Origin: Coleofasciculaceae cyanobacterium
Lineage (GTDB): Bacteria > Cyanobacteriota > Vampirovibrionia > Vampirovibrionales > Vampirovibrionaceae
Direction: 5' to 3'
Length of the DNA: 64,000 nt
NCBI GenBank assembly: GCA_036703295.1
Contig: DATNPJ010000034.1
Coordinates: forward strand, 262,451-326,450
In this document: in pieces, positions 1 through 9,512 of the stretch
Numbering within the stretch: the stretch's first letter is position 1
How the letters are laid out: each line of letters starts with the position of its first letter
Notes under the pieces: generated by a model
Seen by the model: only the letters and a program-made list of their open reading frames with translations
The model's database searches: none
What the model was told of the DNA's origin: nothing
Made by a program: the position numbers and the translations under genes

Positions 1-1
1 G

Positions 2-727
2 GAACTGGGCGCCGTGATTGATGTGGCGCTGGATCATGGCGTCACCGAAATCCTGGTCAACGATTCGCATTGCACCATGACCAACCTGTACCTGGAGCAG
101 GTGCATCCTCGGGTGTCGCTGCTTTCCGGAAAGCCCAAGCGCTGCGCCATGTCCGCCGGGCTGGATAAAACGTTTGACGCGGCCATGTACGTGGGCTATC
201 ACGCCAAGGCAGGCACCCACAAAGGGGTTTTGTGTCATACGTTCCATTCCAAGCTGTTTGATGTGTCCGTTAATGGCGTCTCCTACGGAGAAGGCGGCAT
301 CAACGCGTTGCATGCCGGGTTGACGTACGGTGTGCCGGTGATTCTGGCCAGTGGGGATCGTGCCTTTGCCGAAGAGATTCTCCAATTGATTCCGGATCTG
401 GCGATCGTGGAAACCAAGGAAGGGTTGACCCATACCGCCGCGCGCTGCCGTCCGATGGAAGCGGTGCTGGAAGAGTATGCCGAAAAGGTCCGCCACGTCC
501 TGGAAAACCGGGCGTCCTGGAAGAAGAACATTCTCCAGGTTCCCGGCCCCTTCGCACTCCGCATGACTTTCATCAACACCCTGGCGGCAGATGCGGCTAA
601 CAGCATCCCCGGTCTGGATCGGATTGATGGCCGCACGCTGGGATATAAAACAGATACCTTCGAAACCCTCTACCAGATGTTGCAATCCTGCTACAGTATT
701 CTCTCTTATACCAGCTTTCTGGAGTAG
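2..727 (+). CDS. dppA: D-aminopeptidase DppA / peptidase M55 family (5' end truncated by window edge)
   Basis: Motifs VNDSH, GYHA, HT, NG..YGEGGINA, SGD and KE match the M55 family. The frame is open from position 2. Confidence 0.85.
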   Translation, partial: ELGAVIDVALDHGVTEILVNDSHCTMTNLYLEQVHPRVSLLSGKPKRCAMSAGLDKTFDAAMYVGYHAKAGTHKGVLCHTFHSKLFDVSVNGVSYGEGGINALHAGLTYGVPVILASGDRAFAEEILQLIPDLAIVETKEGLTHTAARCRPMEAVLEEYAEKVRHVLENRASWKKNILQVPGPFALRMTFINTLAADAANSIPGLDRIDGRTLGYKTDTFETLYQMLQSCYSILSYTSFLE

Positions 728-952
728 GTGAGCCTGGAAAGATAGGTCTGTAGCGGGCTTTACGCATTTGCTGAGTTGGATTTGTCCCTGGTGGATGGTT
801 TTTTGCCTGCTTGGGCTGGGCATTGATTGTGAATGAATGTAAATCTTTTTGAAGAATGTGGGGGGATCTGTAGCACTTCTTTACGTGGGTTTGGGTTTTA
901 TGCCAGTAACTAAAATGCACGTTACAGGGTACGGGAATTAGGATTCATCACC

Positions 953-1150
953 ATGTCGACGCCGATTAACAATCCGGGCTCGCTGCTTTTTGCCGCTGCG
1001 GCTTCTTATGCCAAGGGGCATGAGACTTCCGCGTCCAACTCCAAGGAAAAGGCAGAAAAAGAGAATGCCTTGCGGATGATTCTGTTTGGCGCCCAGAAGG
1101 CGAAAGAGCAGCAGAAGGCCAACGATCCGGAAAAAGGCTTCCTGGCTTAG
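953..1150 (+). CDS. small hypothetical protein (65 aa)
   Basis: ATG follows an AGGA-type RBS; isolated intergenic ORF; Lys/Glu/Ala-rich helical sequence ending KGFLA. Confidence 0.6.
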   Translation: MSTPINNPGSLLFAAAASYAKGHETSASNSKEKAEKENALRMILFGAQKAKEQQKANDPEKGFLA

Positions 1151-1202
1151 GATGGCCAGCCTTACAACGTATTAGATGCCAGTCTGAATAGGTTCTGAGC
1201 GC

Positions 1203-1940
1203 CTAGGGCGCTTTCCGTCCGGTTTGCAAAGAGACGGAGCCCAGCATCAGGGTTTGGGAGCTGACATTGACACACCCTGCCGACTCAAAGGCTGTTTTCA
1301 GCTGCGCGGGGGTGAGAAAATGCCGGGTGGATTCCGACAGGTACTGGTAGGCTTGCTGATCCTTGGCCAAAGTGCCGCCAATCAGGGGCATAATGCGTGA
1401 GAAATAGAAATTCATGCCGGGAATGGCCGGGGTGGGGCAGGTGTCCAGATTGACCATCCAGCCGCCGGGCTTGATCACACGGTACATTTCGGCCAGCGCC
1501 TGCGGGGTATCCGTCACGTTCCGCAGGCCAAAGCTGATGATGGCCCCATCGAACGTCTTGTCCGGGTAGGGCAGAGCCAGGGCGTCCCCTTGGGTGAAAT
1601 TTACGTTGGGCTGGCCTTGAAAGCGCTGCCGGGCGATGGTCAGCATGTTTCCCGAGAAGTCCAGCCCCTCGATTTGCCCATGTGGGCCGACCAGCGGCTG
1701 CAAATAGCCCACCAGATCGCCGGTGCCGGTGCAGACATCCAGCACCTTGCCGCCCGGTGGTAGGTTCAGCTTGCCGCAGGCCAAGCGCTTCCATTGCTTG
1801 TGGAAACCCAGCGAGATGCAATTATTCAGGGTATCGTAAGTCCCGGCAATGCGGTCAAACATCTGCCGGACCTGAGTTGCCTTTTCAGTCTCCATCCTGG
1901 CCGGATCCGGCAGGACGGTCGATAACGCACGTTCGGTCAT
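1203..1940 (-). CDS. menG: demethylmenaquinone methyltransferase (MenG/UbiE family)
   Basis: V..MFD.IA..YD.LN..IS.G, VLDVCTGTGD SAM-binding motif, LPYPD.TFD and ISFGLRNV. Start placed at ATG 1940. Confidence 0.9.
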   Translation of the reverse strand: MTERALSTVLPDPARMETEKATQVRQMFDRIAGTYDTLNNCISLGFHKQWKRLACGKLNLPPGGKVLDVCTGTGDLVGYLQPLVGPHGQIEGLDFSGNMLTIARQRFQGQPNVNFTQGDALALPYPDKTFDGAIISFGLRNVTDTPQALAEMYRVIKPGGWMVNLDTCPTPAIPGMNFYFSRIMPLIGGTLAKDQQAYQYLSESTRHFLTPAQLKTAFESAGCVNVSSQTLMLGSVSLQTGRKAP

Positions 1941-2000
1941 GGTGGCTCTATTGTGGCACAAAGGCTCCCCGATTCGCCACCGGCCTGATGAAATGTGCGG

Positions 2001-3134
2001 CTATCGGGCGCTGAAGGGTGGGTAGCTGATTTTGGGAGGAAGCAGGGTGCCGTAGACCACCCGGTTTTTGCCCTGTTTCTTGGCCTCATAGAGGGCGGCG
2101 TCGGCTTTCTCGATGATTTCGTAGCCCTTGGCATGGTCCAGATCCAGTTGGGCCACGCCCACGCTGATGGTGATGGTCATCGGATTGTCCGGCATGCAAA
2201 AGACGGTGCGCTCCACCATGGCACGCAAACGTTCCAGGAGTTCGTAAGCGTCAATCTGTCCGGTTTCCGGCAGAATAAACGCGAACTCCTCGCCGCCGTA
2301 GCGTGCCGGGATATCCGATTCACGCACGTTCTGGATCAGCATGGCGCCCAGCTCGCGCAGGATGCGGTCCCCGGTGGGGTGGCCGTAGAAATCGTTGATC
2401 TTCTTGAAATCGTCAATGTCAAACAGCGCCAGCGAGAGGGGCTTGCGGTAGCGCTTGGCGCGGGCAATCTCGGCATCCAGTTGGTGATTGAACTGGCGGC
2501 GGTTGATGAGGCCGGTGAGCGCATCGGTGGCGGCCAGCGATTGCAGCTTGGAAACCTTGGTGGAAGTAGTACGGACCATTGAGCCGACGATGTTTCCCAG
2601 GTGGCTTAGCGTCCACATCAGCGGGATCAACATCAACAGCACTTGCATGCTGAGTGGCAGAGAGGCTGTGTTTATCGGCCCAAAGCCCAGCAGCATTGGA
2701 TAACCCAGCGGTAAAGTGATGGCGTAAAGCAGCGTGAAGGCCACCAGCATCATCCGCGCAATGCTTTTGTGACCGAGCGTTTGTGCCTGTAGCAGCACGA
2801 TGATGGAAAAGAGCAGAATGCCCAACTGGCCCGAGACAAGGTACATCAGGGCAACGAAGCCGAAACTGGTCAAGGGTGCCAGGAGGCTCAGCTTTTCCAG
2901 GGTCAATTCATCCATTTTAGGATGGCGTTTGAGCGACTTCAGGCTGGTTTCATTCAGCAGCAGGTAGCCGACGGTTATGAAGGCCATGATTCCAATGCGA
3001 ACCAGCGGCCAGACAGGGATTCCGGCCTGGAGTGAGTCCTTCAAGGAGAGTAACAGCAACGTTTCAAAGCCCAGCAAAGCGAACCCGAGGGTTCGGTTTA
3101 ATCGGAGGCCTTGTTTTAAATGTGTGTGCAGCAT
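2001..3134 (-). CDS. membrane-anchored diguanylate cyclase (GGDEF domain)
   Basis: About 6 hydrophobic N-terminal segments, then ATDALTGLINRR, DIDDFKKIND.YGH..GD, RESD I-site, RYGGEEF, AD.ALY.AK..GKN. Confidence 0.92.
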   Translation of the reverse strand: MLHTHLKQGLRLNRTLGFALLGFETLLLLSLKDSLQAGIPVWPLVRIGIMAFITVGYLLLNETSLKSLKRHPKMDELTLEKLSLLAPLTSFGFVALMYLVSGQLGILLFSIIVLLQAQTLGHKSIARMMLVAFTLLYAITLPLGYPMLLGFGPINTASLPLSMQVLLMLIPLMWTLSHLGNIVGSMVRTTSTKVSKLQSLAATDALTGLINRRQFNHQLDAEIARAKRYRKPLSLALFDIDDFKKINDFYGHPTGDRILRELGAMLIQNVRESDIPARYGGEEFAFILPETGQIDAYELLERLRAMVERTVFCMPDNPMTITISVGVAQLDLDHAKGYEIIEKADAALYEAKKQGKNRVVYGTLLPPKISYPPFSAR

Positions 3135-3164
3135 GCGCCAGCTTCCTTGTGGCTGTATGTAAGC

Positions 3165-3962
3165 CTATTTTGGCGCAGTTTTTTGGGTTGCGTCAATGGC
3201 TTCCAGTCTCCGGATCGCTTCCAATCCGATGGTGTTCCCAATTTCGACCCCTTTAGCCTTTTCGTAATAGGGCCGGGCTTCATCCAGCTTGCCCATGTTC
3301 TCCATCAACGTGCCCATGTTGAACAAGGCGCGCTGATCGTTGGGTTGGATTTTCAGTGCCTGCTCGTAGGCCGTCCGTGCTTCTTCCGCCCGTCCGGCTT
3401 TCTGCAACACGCTGCCCTTGTTGAAATAGTACTGACTGTTGCCCGGATCCAGCGTGGTCAGTTTGTCGAAAGTCTGGATGGCCTGATCAAGCTTGCCGTC
3501 AAAAGCATACGCTGTGGAAAGGCCGTTCAAGGTGTTGAGATGCTGCGGATTGATGGCCAGTGCCGTCTCAAAAGCCCCGATGGCCTTTTTGTGATCTTTC
3601 AGGGTCAGGTAGGCAAAGCCGATGTTGCTTTGAGCCTCCACCATCTTGGAATGACTGGCTAGCGCCAGTTCAAAATGCTTGATGGATTCTTTCAGCAGTT
3701 GTTTTTGTCCGGGCAGATTGCCTTTGTCCCTTTGAATCTGGGCAATCTGGAACAGCTCCACGCCCTTGTTGTATTCCACCAGCGCCTTGGCTTCTGGTGT
3801 GGCGGGCGTATCGTCGTCCTGTTTGGCTGCCGCCTGCCCGGAAACGTCGGTTTTTCCCGGCGGATTTTGCGCTTTGGCGTGCACCTCAGTGGCCGAAATT
3901 CCCATGCAGGACACGGCCAATATTAAGCTGATCGATAGATTGATTGCGGATAATCGGAACAT
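3165..3962 (-). CDS. exported tetratricopeptide-repeat (TPR) protein
   Basis: N-terminal signal-like segment and several TPR-pattern repeats (AYLTLKDHKKAIGAFETALAINP; YYFNKG.VL...GR.EEA..AYEQALKIQP). Its start overlaps the upstream stop (TAATG). Confidence 0.85.
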   Translation of the reverse strand: MFRLSAINLSISLILAVSCMGISATEVHAKAQNPPGKTDVSGQAAAKQDDDTPATPEAKALVEYNKGVELFQIAQIQRDKGNLPGQKQLLKESIKHFELALASHSKMVEAQSNIGFAYLTLKDHKKAIGAFETALAINPQHLNTLNGLSTAYAFDGKLDQAIQTFDKLTTLDPGNSQYYFNKGSVLQKAGRAEEARTAYEQALKIQPNDQRALFNMGTLMENMGKLDEARPYYEKAKGVEIGNTIGLEAIRRLEAIDATQKTAPK

Positions 3963-5308
3963 TAAACCACCTCCGTCCAGACATCGCGATTATTCAGGAT
4001 ATCACGATTCAGCTCACCCTCGCTGGAAGCGACCAAGGCCGCTACCGTGCAGCTGCTGATGACGTTGACCGCTGTTCTGCACATATCTAGCACCCGGTCG
4101 ATGGACCATATCAGAGCCATTCCACCCGCGAACAGTTCCACGTTTATATGGCCCAATGCATTCAGCACAATGGCCATGGTGATGAGGCCCGCGCTGGGAA
4201 CCCCGGCCGCCCCAATGGAGGCGATGATCGAAAACACGATGATCATGCCGATGTGATAAGGGCTGAGCGGGAGATGATAGGCCTGCGCCAGGAAAATAAC
4301 CGCGATAACCTCGAACATGGTGGTGCCGGTCTTGTTGATGGTGGCTCCGGTGGGCAGCACGAAGCTGGCAATGCGGTTGGAAACACCTGCCCGGCGCTCC
4401 ATGCAGGCAATGGTGATGGGCAGCGTGGCCGAACTGCTGGCCGTGCCGAACGCCACCATGATGGCCTCCGAGATGGCCCGGTACAGGTTCATGAAATTGA
4501 TTTTGGCCAGAACTCGCAACAAAATGGGGAAAATGACGAAGACCTGAATGAGCAGGCCGCCCAGAATGGCCACGCCGTACAGCCAAAGTTCGCTAAAGAC
4601 GTCCAGGCCGGATTTGGCCACCGTGACGAAGGCCAACGAGAAGACGCCCGGTACCGCAAAAATCATCACCCAGTCCGTCAGCTTCATGGTGGCGGAAAAC
4701 AGGGCTTCAAAGAAACTGACGATGGGCCGTCCGGCATCTCCAATGCTGGCCACGGCTCCCCCAAACAGTAGGGTGAATAGAATAACGGGCACCAGATCCG
4801 CCCGTGCCAGGGATTCCACCGGGTTACGGGGGATCATGTCGAAGAAAAGCTGCCGCAAATCCTGTGGGGTGTTTTGCAGTTGCTGAAGAATCGAGGTGGG
4901 ATCGGTTTGGGCAAACAGGCTATGGTGTAACTGGGTGCCGGGTTCCAGCATCCAGGCCAGGAAGCCACCCAGCAGGGCGCTCAAGGACATCAGGACCAGA
5001 AAATAAACCAGAACCTTGCCGCCCATGCGGCCCAACTGACGACTGTCTCCCAGTGAAGAGACCCCGACAATCAGCGAGCTGACCACCAACGGGACCACAA
5101 TCATGGTAATCAGCCGGATAAAGAGCTGTCCGACGATATCGAAGAACTGGTGAATGAAGAAGAATTGGTCCGGATCGGTGGTGCTGGGCGGGTAGGGCAG
5201 GTAGATCCCCAGCATAACCCCCAGCAGGATGGCCACCAGGATGTGCCAATGGCGTTTTGTTCCCAGCCCCAACGCAACCAGTACCAGCCAGAACGCTTTC
5301 GTTTTCAT
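3962..5308 (-). CDS. dicarboxylate/amino acid:cation symporter (DAACS, GltP/GltPh family) with atypical ion-site residues
   Basis: G.LFIRLI.MIVVPL, GTASSSATLP serine motif, LPTGATIN and DR.LDM.RT.VNV. The canonical NMDG reads NKTG and the canonical GD reads SS. Confidence 0.9.
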   Translation of the reverse strand: MKTKAFWLVLVALGLGTKRHWHILVAILLGVMLGIYLPYPPSTTDPDQFFFIHQFFDIVGQLFIRLITMIVVPLVVSSLIVGVSSLGDSRQLGRMGGKVLVYFLVLMSLSALLGGFLAWMLEPGTQLHHSLFAQTDPTSILQQLQNTPQDLRQLFFDMIPRNPVESLARADLVPVILFTLLFGGAVASIGDAGRPIVSFFEALFSATMKLTDWVMIFAVPGVFSLAFVTVAKSGLDVFSELWLYGVAILGGLLIQVFVIFPILLRVLAKINFMNLYRAISEAIMVAFGTASSSATLPITIACMERRAGVSNRIASFVLPTGATINKTGTTMFEVIAVIFLAQAYHLPLSPYHIGMIIVFSIIASIGAAGVPSAGLITMAIVLNALGHINVELFAGGMALIWSIDRVLDMCRTAVNVISSCTVAALVASSEGELNRDILNNRDVWTEVV

Positions 5309-5455
5309 TCACGGGTCCTTCAGCAAATTCAAGATTATCTTCATTATACCTGTTGACGCGGGAAGTCCTGGCTTTTCCTCATTTGAATGCTGGATACGGC
5401 AGCCGGGAATGACGGGGGTGAAAGCGCTGGGGCTTGGAAAAGACGGTTTTAATGT

Positions 5456-5980
5456 CTATCGGCGGGCGCGTTTCCTGGGGACCCATCCGCCAAAAATATC
5501 ACTGAGCCGGTCCAGGATAATGTGAATCAGCGAACCCAGCCAGATTCCCGCTCCGAGCAGCAGGAAATCGTGGAGATGCGTTTTCAGAAAAGTCAGGATG
5601 GTTTGGCGGGGAGTGTGGAGGTCGGCAGAGAGCCCCGCGGCTTGAGCCAGATAGAGATAAAGTCCGGTATAGATGGCAATCAGCACGGCGGATAAATACA
5701 GCAATCGCAGCCACGGCGCCAGAATGACCCCATGCGAAAGTCCGGAGCGGTGCTTGGCGACCCACTGGTAAGGCCACCAGATGAACCGAAACACGCCCCA
5801 TCGGTAGAATGGGCGACTGCGGGTGTCTAAATCCGGGCTGAGTAAAAAGCCGCCCACCCAAGTGCCCACCGTAATCATGGCGACTGCGGGCCAGTCCAGG
5901 TGCAAGCCCCAGCGACAAGCCATCAAAACCGGCGGCAAAAAGCCCACCGTCACCCATTCATGCGTCTTCCCGGAAGCCAT
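5456..5980 (-). CDS. DUF2227-family putative metal-binding membrane protein
   Basis: M.SG.TH start, LSPDLD, RWG..R.IWWPY...HR..LSHG, and H..LD at the C-terminus; family recalled from cyanobacteria. Confidence 0.75.
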   Translation of the reverse strand: MASGKTHEWVTVGFLPPVLMACRWGLHLDWPAVAMITVGTWVGGFLLSPDLDTRSRPFYRWGVFRFIWWPYQWVAKHRSGLSHGVILAPWLRLLYLSAVLIAIYTGLYLYLAQAAGLSADLHTPRQTILTFLKTHLHDFLLLGAGIWLGSLIHIILDRLSDIFGGWVPRKRARR

Positions 5981-6091
5981 AGGGGGTTACCGCCAGTAAG
6001 TTGTCTGCTTTATGAAGAGTCTACTTTGAAAGATAATTTTACCTTGTTATATGGTAAGGGCATTATAGGAAAGCTTGGTAAAGCAATTACT

Positions 6092-6886
6092 ATGGCGAAG
6101 GAGAAACATCACGTGAACCCTAAAAATATATCTTTTTGGAAGAGGCTCTCGGCTTCGGAATGGATTGCGCTTTTTTCGTGCATTTTGTCTCTTTCTTCCT
6201 TCTGGTTCACCTATAGCATTACAAATTTAAAAGAGATAAATGATCGGCATATAGAATTGCAACATGTCATTCAACATCTTACAGAAATTCATCGGGAGAT
6301 AGCCCTTCCCAGAGCTCGAATGAGTCCCGGCATGACTAAGTTTACACTTGATGAATACGAGTTAGAACTGGAAGTCTTTATAATGAAGGCTTACAAATTG
6401 ATAAAAGAAATTCCAAAAGAAAAATTATCACCTTCAGAAATTTTCTATGTTGGTTCTAACTTGGCAGAACGGGGAATTGAGCATATAGACAAAGCAGAAG
6501 AAATGTACATTTTGGGTCAAGATATTGCAAGTAGGGACCCTTATTACTTTCAGCAGTACGCAGAGATTTCAGTTAGTCTGGCCAAACTGTTTTATGAAAA
6601 AGGAGATATCGAAAAGGGAAAAGAGCTTTTCGAAAAAACGCTCAACAATATCTCTAACACTGCGGTAATAAACAGTCCGAGGAGAATGTTAATGCAAGGA
6701 ACAGTTTATATGTATTGGGCAAGTGCTGAGACCGAAACTGAGAGGCCAAATTGCCAAAATGTTATATTTTACTTGAATCAAGCTGAAAAAATGTTGGATT
6801 CTATAAATAAACGTTCATACTTGTTACTTGTAAATCTTTATAAGGCCAATCTAAAACAAATAGGACTTGAGTCAGATTGCCAGTAA
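6092..6886 (+). CDS. AT-rich hypothetical protein with one N-terminal TM helix and TPR-like helical repeats
   Basis: Codon usage is strongly AT-biased relative to the flanks. Likely start is ATG 6092 (MAKEKHH); hydrophobic WIALFSCILSLSSFWF; YAEISVSLAKLFYEKGDIEKGKELFEK is TPR-like. Confidence 0.6.
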   Translation: MAKEKHHVNPKNISFWKRLSASEWIALFSCILSLSSFWFTYSITNLKEINDRHIELQHVIQHLTEIHREIALPRARMSPGMTKFTLDEYELELEVFIMKAYKLIKEIPKEKLSPSEIFYVGSNLAERGIEHIDKAEEMYILGQDIASRDPYYFQQYAEISVSLAKLFYEKGDIEKGKELFEKTLNNISNTAVINSPRRMLMQGTVYMYWASAETETERPNCQNVIFYLNQAEKMLDSINKRSYLLLVNLYKANLKQIGLESDCQ

Positions 6887-7060
6887 TGTTTAATGGTACT
6901 TATCAGGCTAATTCATCTTGCTTATAAAGTAAAAGTCTCTACACTGTTCGAAGTCCAGAGTATCAAGCTCTACATACGATCATAAGATATCGCTTTGGGT
7001 ACCTTTTCGCTATAATCGGGTTCTGTCAGAATCTGGATTATCAAGCGAGGAGTGAGCGAA

Positions 7061-8605
7061 ATGGCTGCAACCGTGCAGAATCCCCAAATGCAATTCGAGA
7101 TTAAGCCCAGCAAAACCAGCGGGCAATCGCAGTTTTTGAACTATATCGGCGGCCAGTGGGTCTCGGCCAAGTCCGGCAAAACCTTCGAGAGCCGCAACCC
7201 GGCGGAGCCCAGCGATGTGATCGGGGTGTTCCCGTCTTCCGGCAAGGATGAAGTGGACGCCGCCGTGGCCGCCGCGAAAAAAGCCTTCGAGAGCTGGCGG
7301 CTCTTCCCGGCGCCCAAGCGGGGTGAGATTCTGTTCAAGGCCGGGCAGATCATGATCGAGCGCAAAGAGGAACTGGCGCGCGAAATGACCCGCGAGATGG
7401 GCAAAGTGCTGGCCGAGGCTCGTGGCGACGTGCAGGAAGTGATCGATATGACCTTCTACGCCGCCGGTGAAGGCCGCCGCATGTTCGGGGAAACCACGCC
7501 TTCCGAATTGCAGAACAAGTTTGCCATGTGCGTGCGGGTACCGTTGGGCGTGGTGGGTCTCATCACCCCCTGGAACTTCCCCATGGCCATTCCCAGCTGG
7601 AAAATCATGCCCGCCCTCATCTGCGGCAACACCTGCGTGATTAAACCGGCCACCGATACCCCGTTGCTGGCGCACCGTCTGGTGGAAATCATGGAAGAAG
7701 CCGGTCTGCCCAAAGGCGTACTGAACATCGTGCATGGTTCCGGCAGCCAGGTGGGCGAACCCCTGATGAGCCATCCGGATGTGAAGCTGATTTCCTTTAC
7801 CGGCTCCACCGATGTGGGCCGCCGGGTGAACGAGGCCTGCGCGCCCAGCTTCAAACGGGTCTCTCTGGAAATGGGCGGCAAGAACGCAGTGGTGATCATG
7901 CCGGATGCCAACCTCGATCTGGCAGTCGACGGCTGCGTCTGGGCGGCCTTCGGAACGTCTGGCCAGCGCTGTACGGCGGCCAGCCGCATCATCGTTCACA
8001 AAGACGTGCACAAGCAAGTGCGCGAAAAGCTGATTGCCCGCATCAACCAATTGAAAACCGGCTACGGACTCAATCCGGAAGTGCAAATCGGGCCGGTGGT
8101 GAACGAAAGCGCCATGAAGAAAATTCTGGAATATATTGAAATCGGCAAGAAAGAAGGCGCCGAACTGGTGACGGGTGGCGAGCGGGATACCGCAGCCGGT
8201 GCCGGCTGGTTCATCAAGCCCACGCTGTTTGATAACGTGAAGCCGAGTATGCGCATCGCCCAGGAGGAAATCTTCGGGCCGGTAACCGCGCTCATCCCGG
8301 TCGGCAGCTTCGATGAAGCCATTCAGGTGGCCAACGGCACCAACTTCGGTCTGTCGCTGGCGATTTACACCAAGGACGTGAACCGCGCGTTTACAGCCTT
8401 GCGCGATCTGGAGTCCGGTCTGGTCTACGTGAATGCGCCCACCATCGGAGCGGAAGTCCACCTGCCCTTCGGCGGTACCAAGGACACCGGTAACGGCCAC
8501 CGCGACGCCGGTCAGACCGCGCTGGAAGTCTTCTCCGAGTGGAAGGCCTGCTTCATCGACTACTCCGATAAACTCCAACGCGCCCAAATCGACACCACCG
8601 ACTAG
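7061..8605 (+). CDS. NAD(P)+-dependent aldehyde dehydrogenase
   Basis: ITPWNFP, KPA, FTGST, catalytic LEMGGKN and GQRCTA, EEIFGP. GAGGAG RBS before ATG 7061. Confidence 0.93.
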   Translation: MAATVQNPQMQFEIKPSKTSGQSQFLNYIGGQWVSAKSGKTFESRNPAEPSDVIGVFPSSGKDEVDAAVAAAKKAFESWRLFPAPKRGEILFKAGQIMIERKEELAREMTREMGKVLAEARGDVQEVIDMTFYAAGEGRRMFGETTPSELQNKFAMCVRVPLGVVGLITPWNFPMAIPSWKIMPALICGNTCVIKPATDTPLLAHRLVEIMEEAGLPKGVLNIVHGSGSQVGEPLMSHPDVKLISFTGSTDVGRRVNEACAPSFKRVSLEMGGKNAVVIMPDANLDLAVDGCVWAAFGTSGQRCTAASRIIVHKDVHKQVREKLIARINQLKTGYGLNPEVQIGPVVNESAMKKILEYIEIGKKEGAELVTGGERDTAAGAGWFIKPTLFDNVKPSMRIAQEEIFGPVTALIPVGSFDEAIQVANGTNFGLSLAIYTKDVNRAFTALRDLESGLVYVNAPTIGAEVHLPFGGTKDTGNGHRDAGQTALEVFSEWKACFIDYSDKLQRAQIDTTD

Positions 8606-8622
8606 GCGATTCGGAACCATCA

Positions 8623-8657
8623 AAAAAGCCCCGGAAAATAATCCTCCGGGGCTTTTT
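8623..8657. terminator. bidirectional intrinsic terminator
   Basis: AAAAAGCCCCGGA / TCCGGGGCTTTTT inverted repeat between convergent genes. Confidence 0.85.
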
Positions 8658-8675
8658 AACTTCAGGATGCCGTAA

Positions 8676-9194
8676 TCAGGCGTTCCACTTGTTGAGTACA
8701 AACCGTTCCGTCTTGTCGAGCGGTTGCTGGGTTTCTTGCTCGAATTCTTGCAACCACGCGTCTTTGGCGGGATCGGTTTCTCCACGAAGGCGTTTGACCA
8801 CTTCCCTCAGCTGATTAAGATTCTTCGCACGTTCAGAAGATTTCTGGTCGTATGCCTCACCGGCTTCCTGGCTTTTGGCATGCGCGCGAATCCCGGCTTT
8901 ACCGTCCATATCCGCACCATATTGCACAAAGGCTCCGACCAGTGCCCTTGCGGCCAGAGCGATTTCCCTGGCCCGCAGGGCCTTCAGCTGGAGAGTACGG
9001 ACCAGGGAAGGCGGCTGTTTTTTCAGCTCGGCCTGGCGCTTTTCTACTTTGCGTAATTGCTCACCTGTTTTATCCACAGTGATGTCCAATTTCAGCTCGT
9101 CATAGAGCGGTTTTACTCGCTCGCGCAGTTGTTGCAGGTCCTGCATGTACTCCGGACGACCGGCAAACAGAATCGGTCGGAATGAAGTTTTCAT
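8676..9194 (-). CDS. hypothetical coiled-coil protein (172 aa)
   Basis: GAGGAG RBS upstream; charged helical sequence; converges on the terminator. Confidence 0.7.
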   Translation of the reverse strand: MKTSFRPILFAGRPEYMQDLQQLRERVKPLYDELKLDITVDKTGEQLRKVEKRQAELKKQPPSLVRTLQLKALRAREIALAARALVGAFVQYGADMDGKAGIRAHAKSQEAGEAYDQKSSERAKNLNQLREVVKRLRGETDPAKDAWLQEFEQETQQPLDKTERFVLNKWNA

Positions 9195-9512
9195 CCGTTT
9201 CTAACTCCTCAAACAAAATCTTATTTATGGGATAAACCCAGCCAGTATGGCAAGCGATTTCATGCAGAGTGTAAATAGGGCAGCGAGCCAATTCAGCCCA
9301 GAGGCCCTTTTACTGGTTACTTGCCACCGCTGATGCTGGAGAATTGATTGTATGAGCCCGGTTTTGCTTTTCGAGGGAGCTATCTGCTGGATAGAGTTTC
9401 TGGCAAAAGGTATAAAGATTTTGCTGATTGGACTGACAGAGGGCTGGCGTTGTCATGCGCCTGGTAAAGGGCTATGATGGACGCGGAGAGCATTGAGAAG
9501 AGAGAGAGAGGC

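Noticed and set aside
7010-8785. Long antisense ORFs (591 aa here; also 9453-10535, 14471-15376, 15975-17039, 27908-28948, 44690-45577, 52468-53436, 58551-59807 and others)
   Set aside because: Shadow frames opposite well-supported GC-rich genes, with no motifs.
9070-9078. Perfect DnaA box TTATCCACA
   Set aside because: Single copy inside a CDS, 35 kb from dnaA; expected by chance.
9413-9439. Weaker sigma-28-like matches (TAAAGATT-N11-ACTGACAG before asnS; off-spacing sites before spoIIM and dmpA)
   Set aside because: Poor -10 or wrong spacer length; not counted in the regulon.
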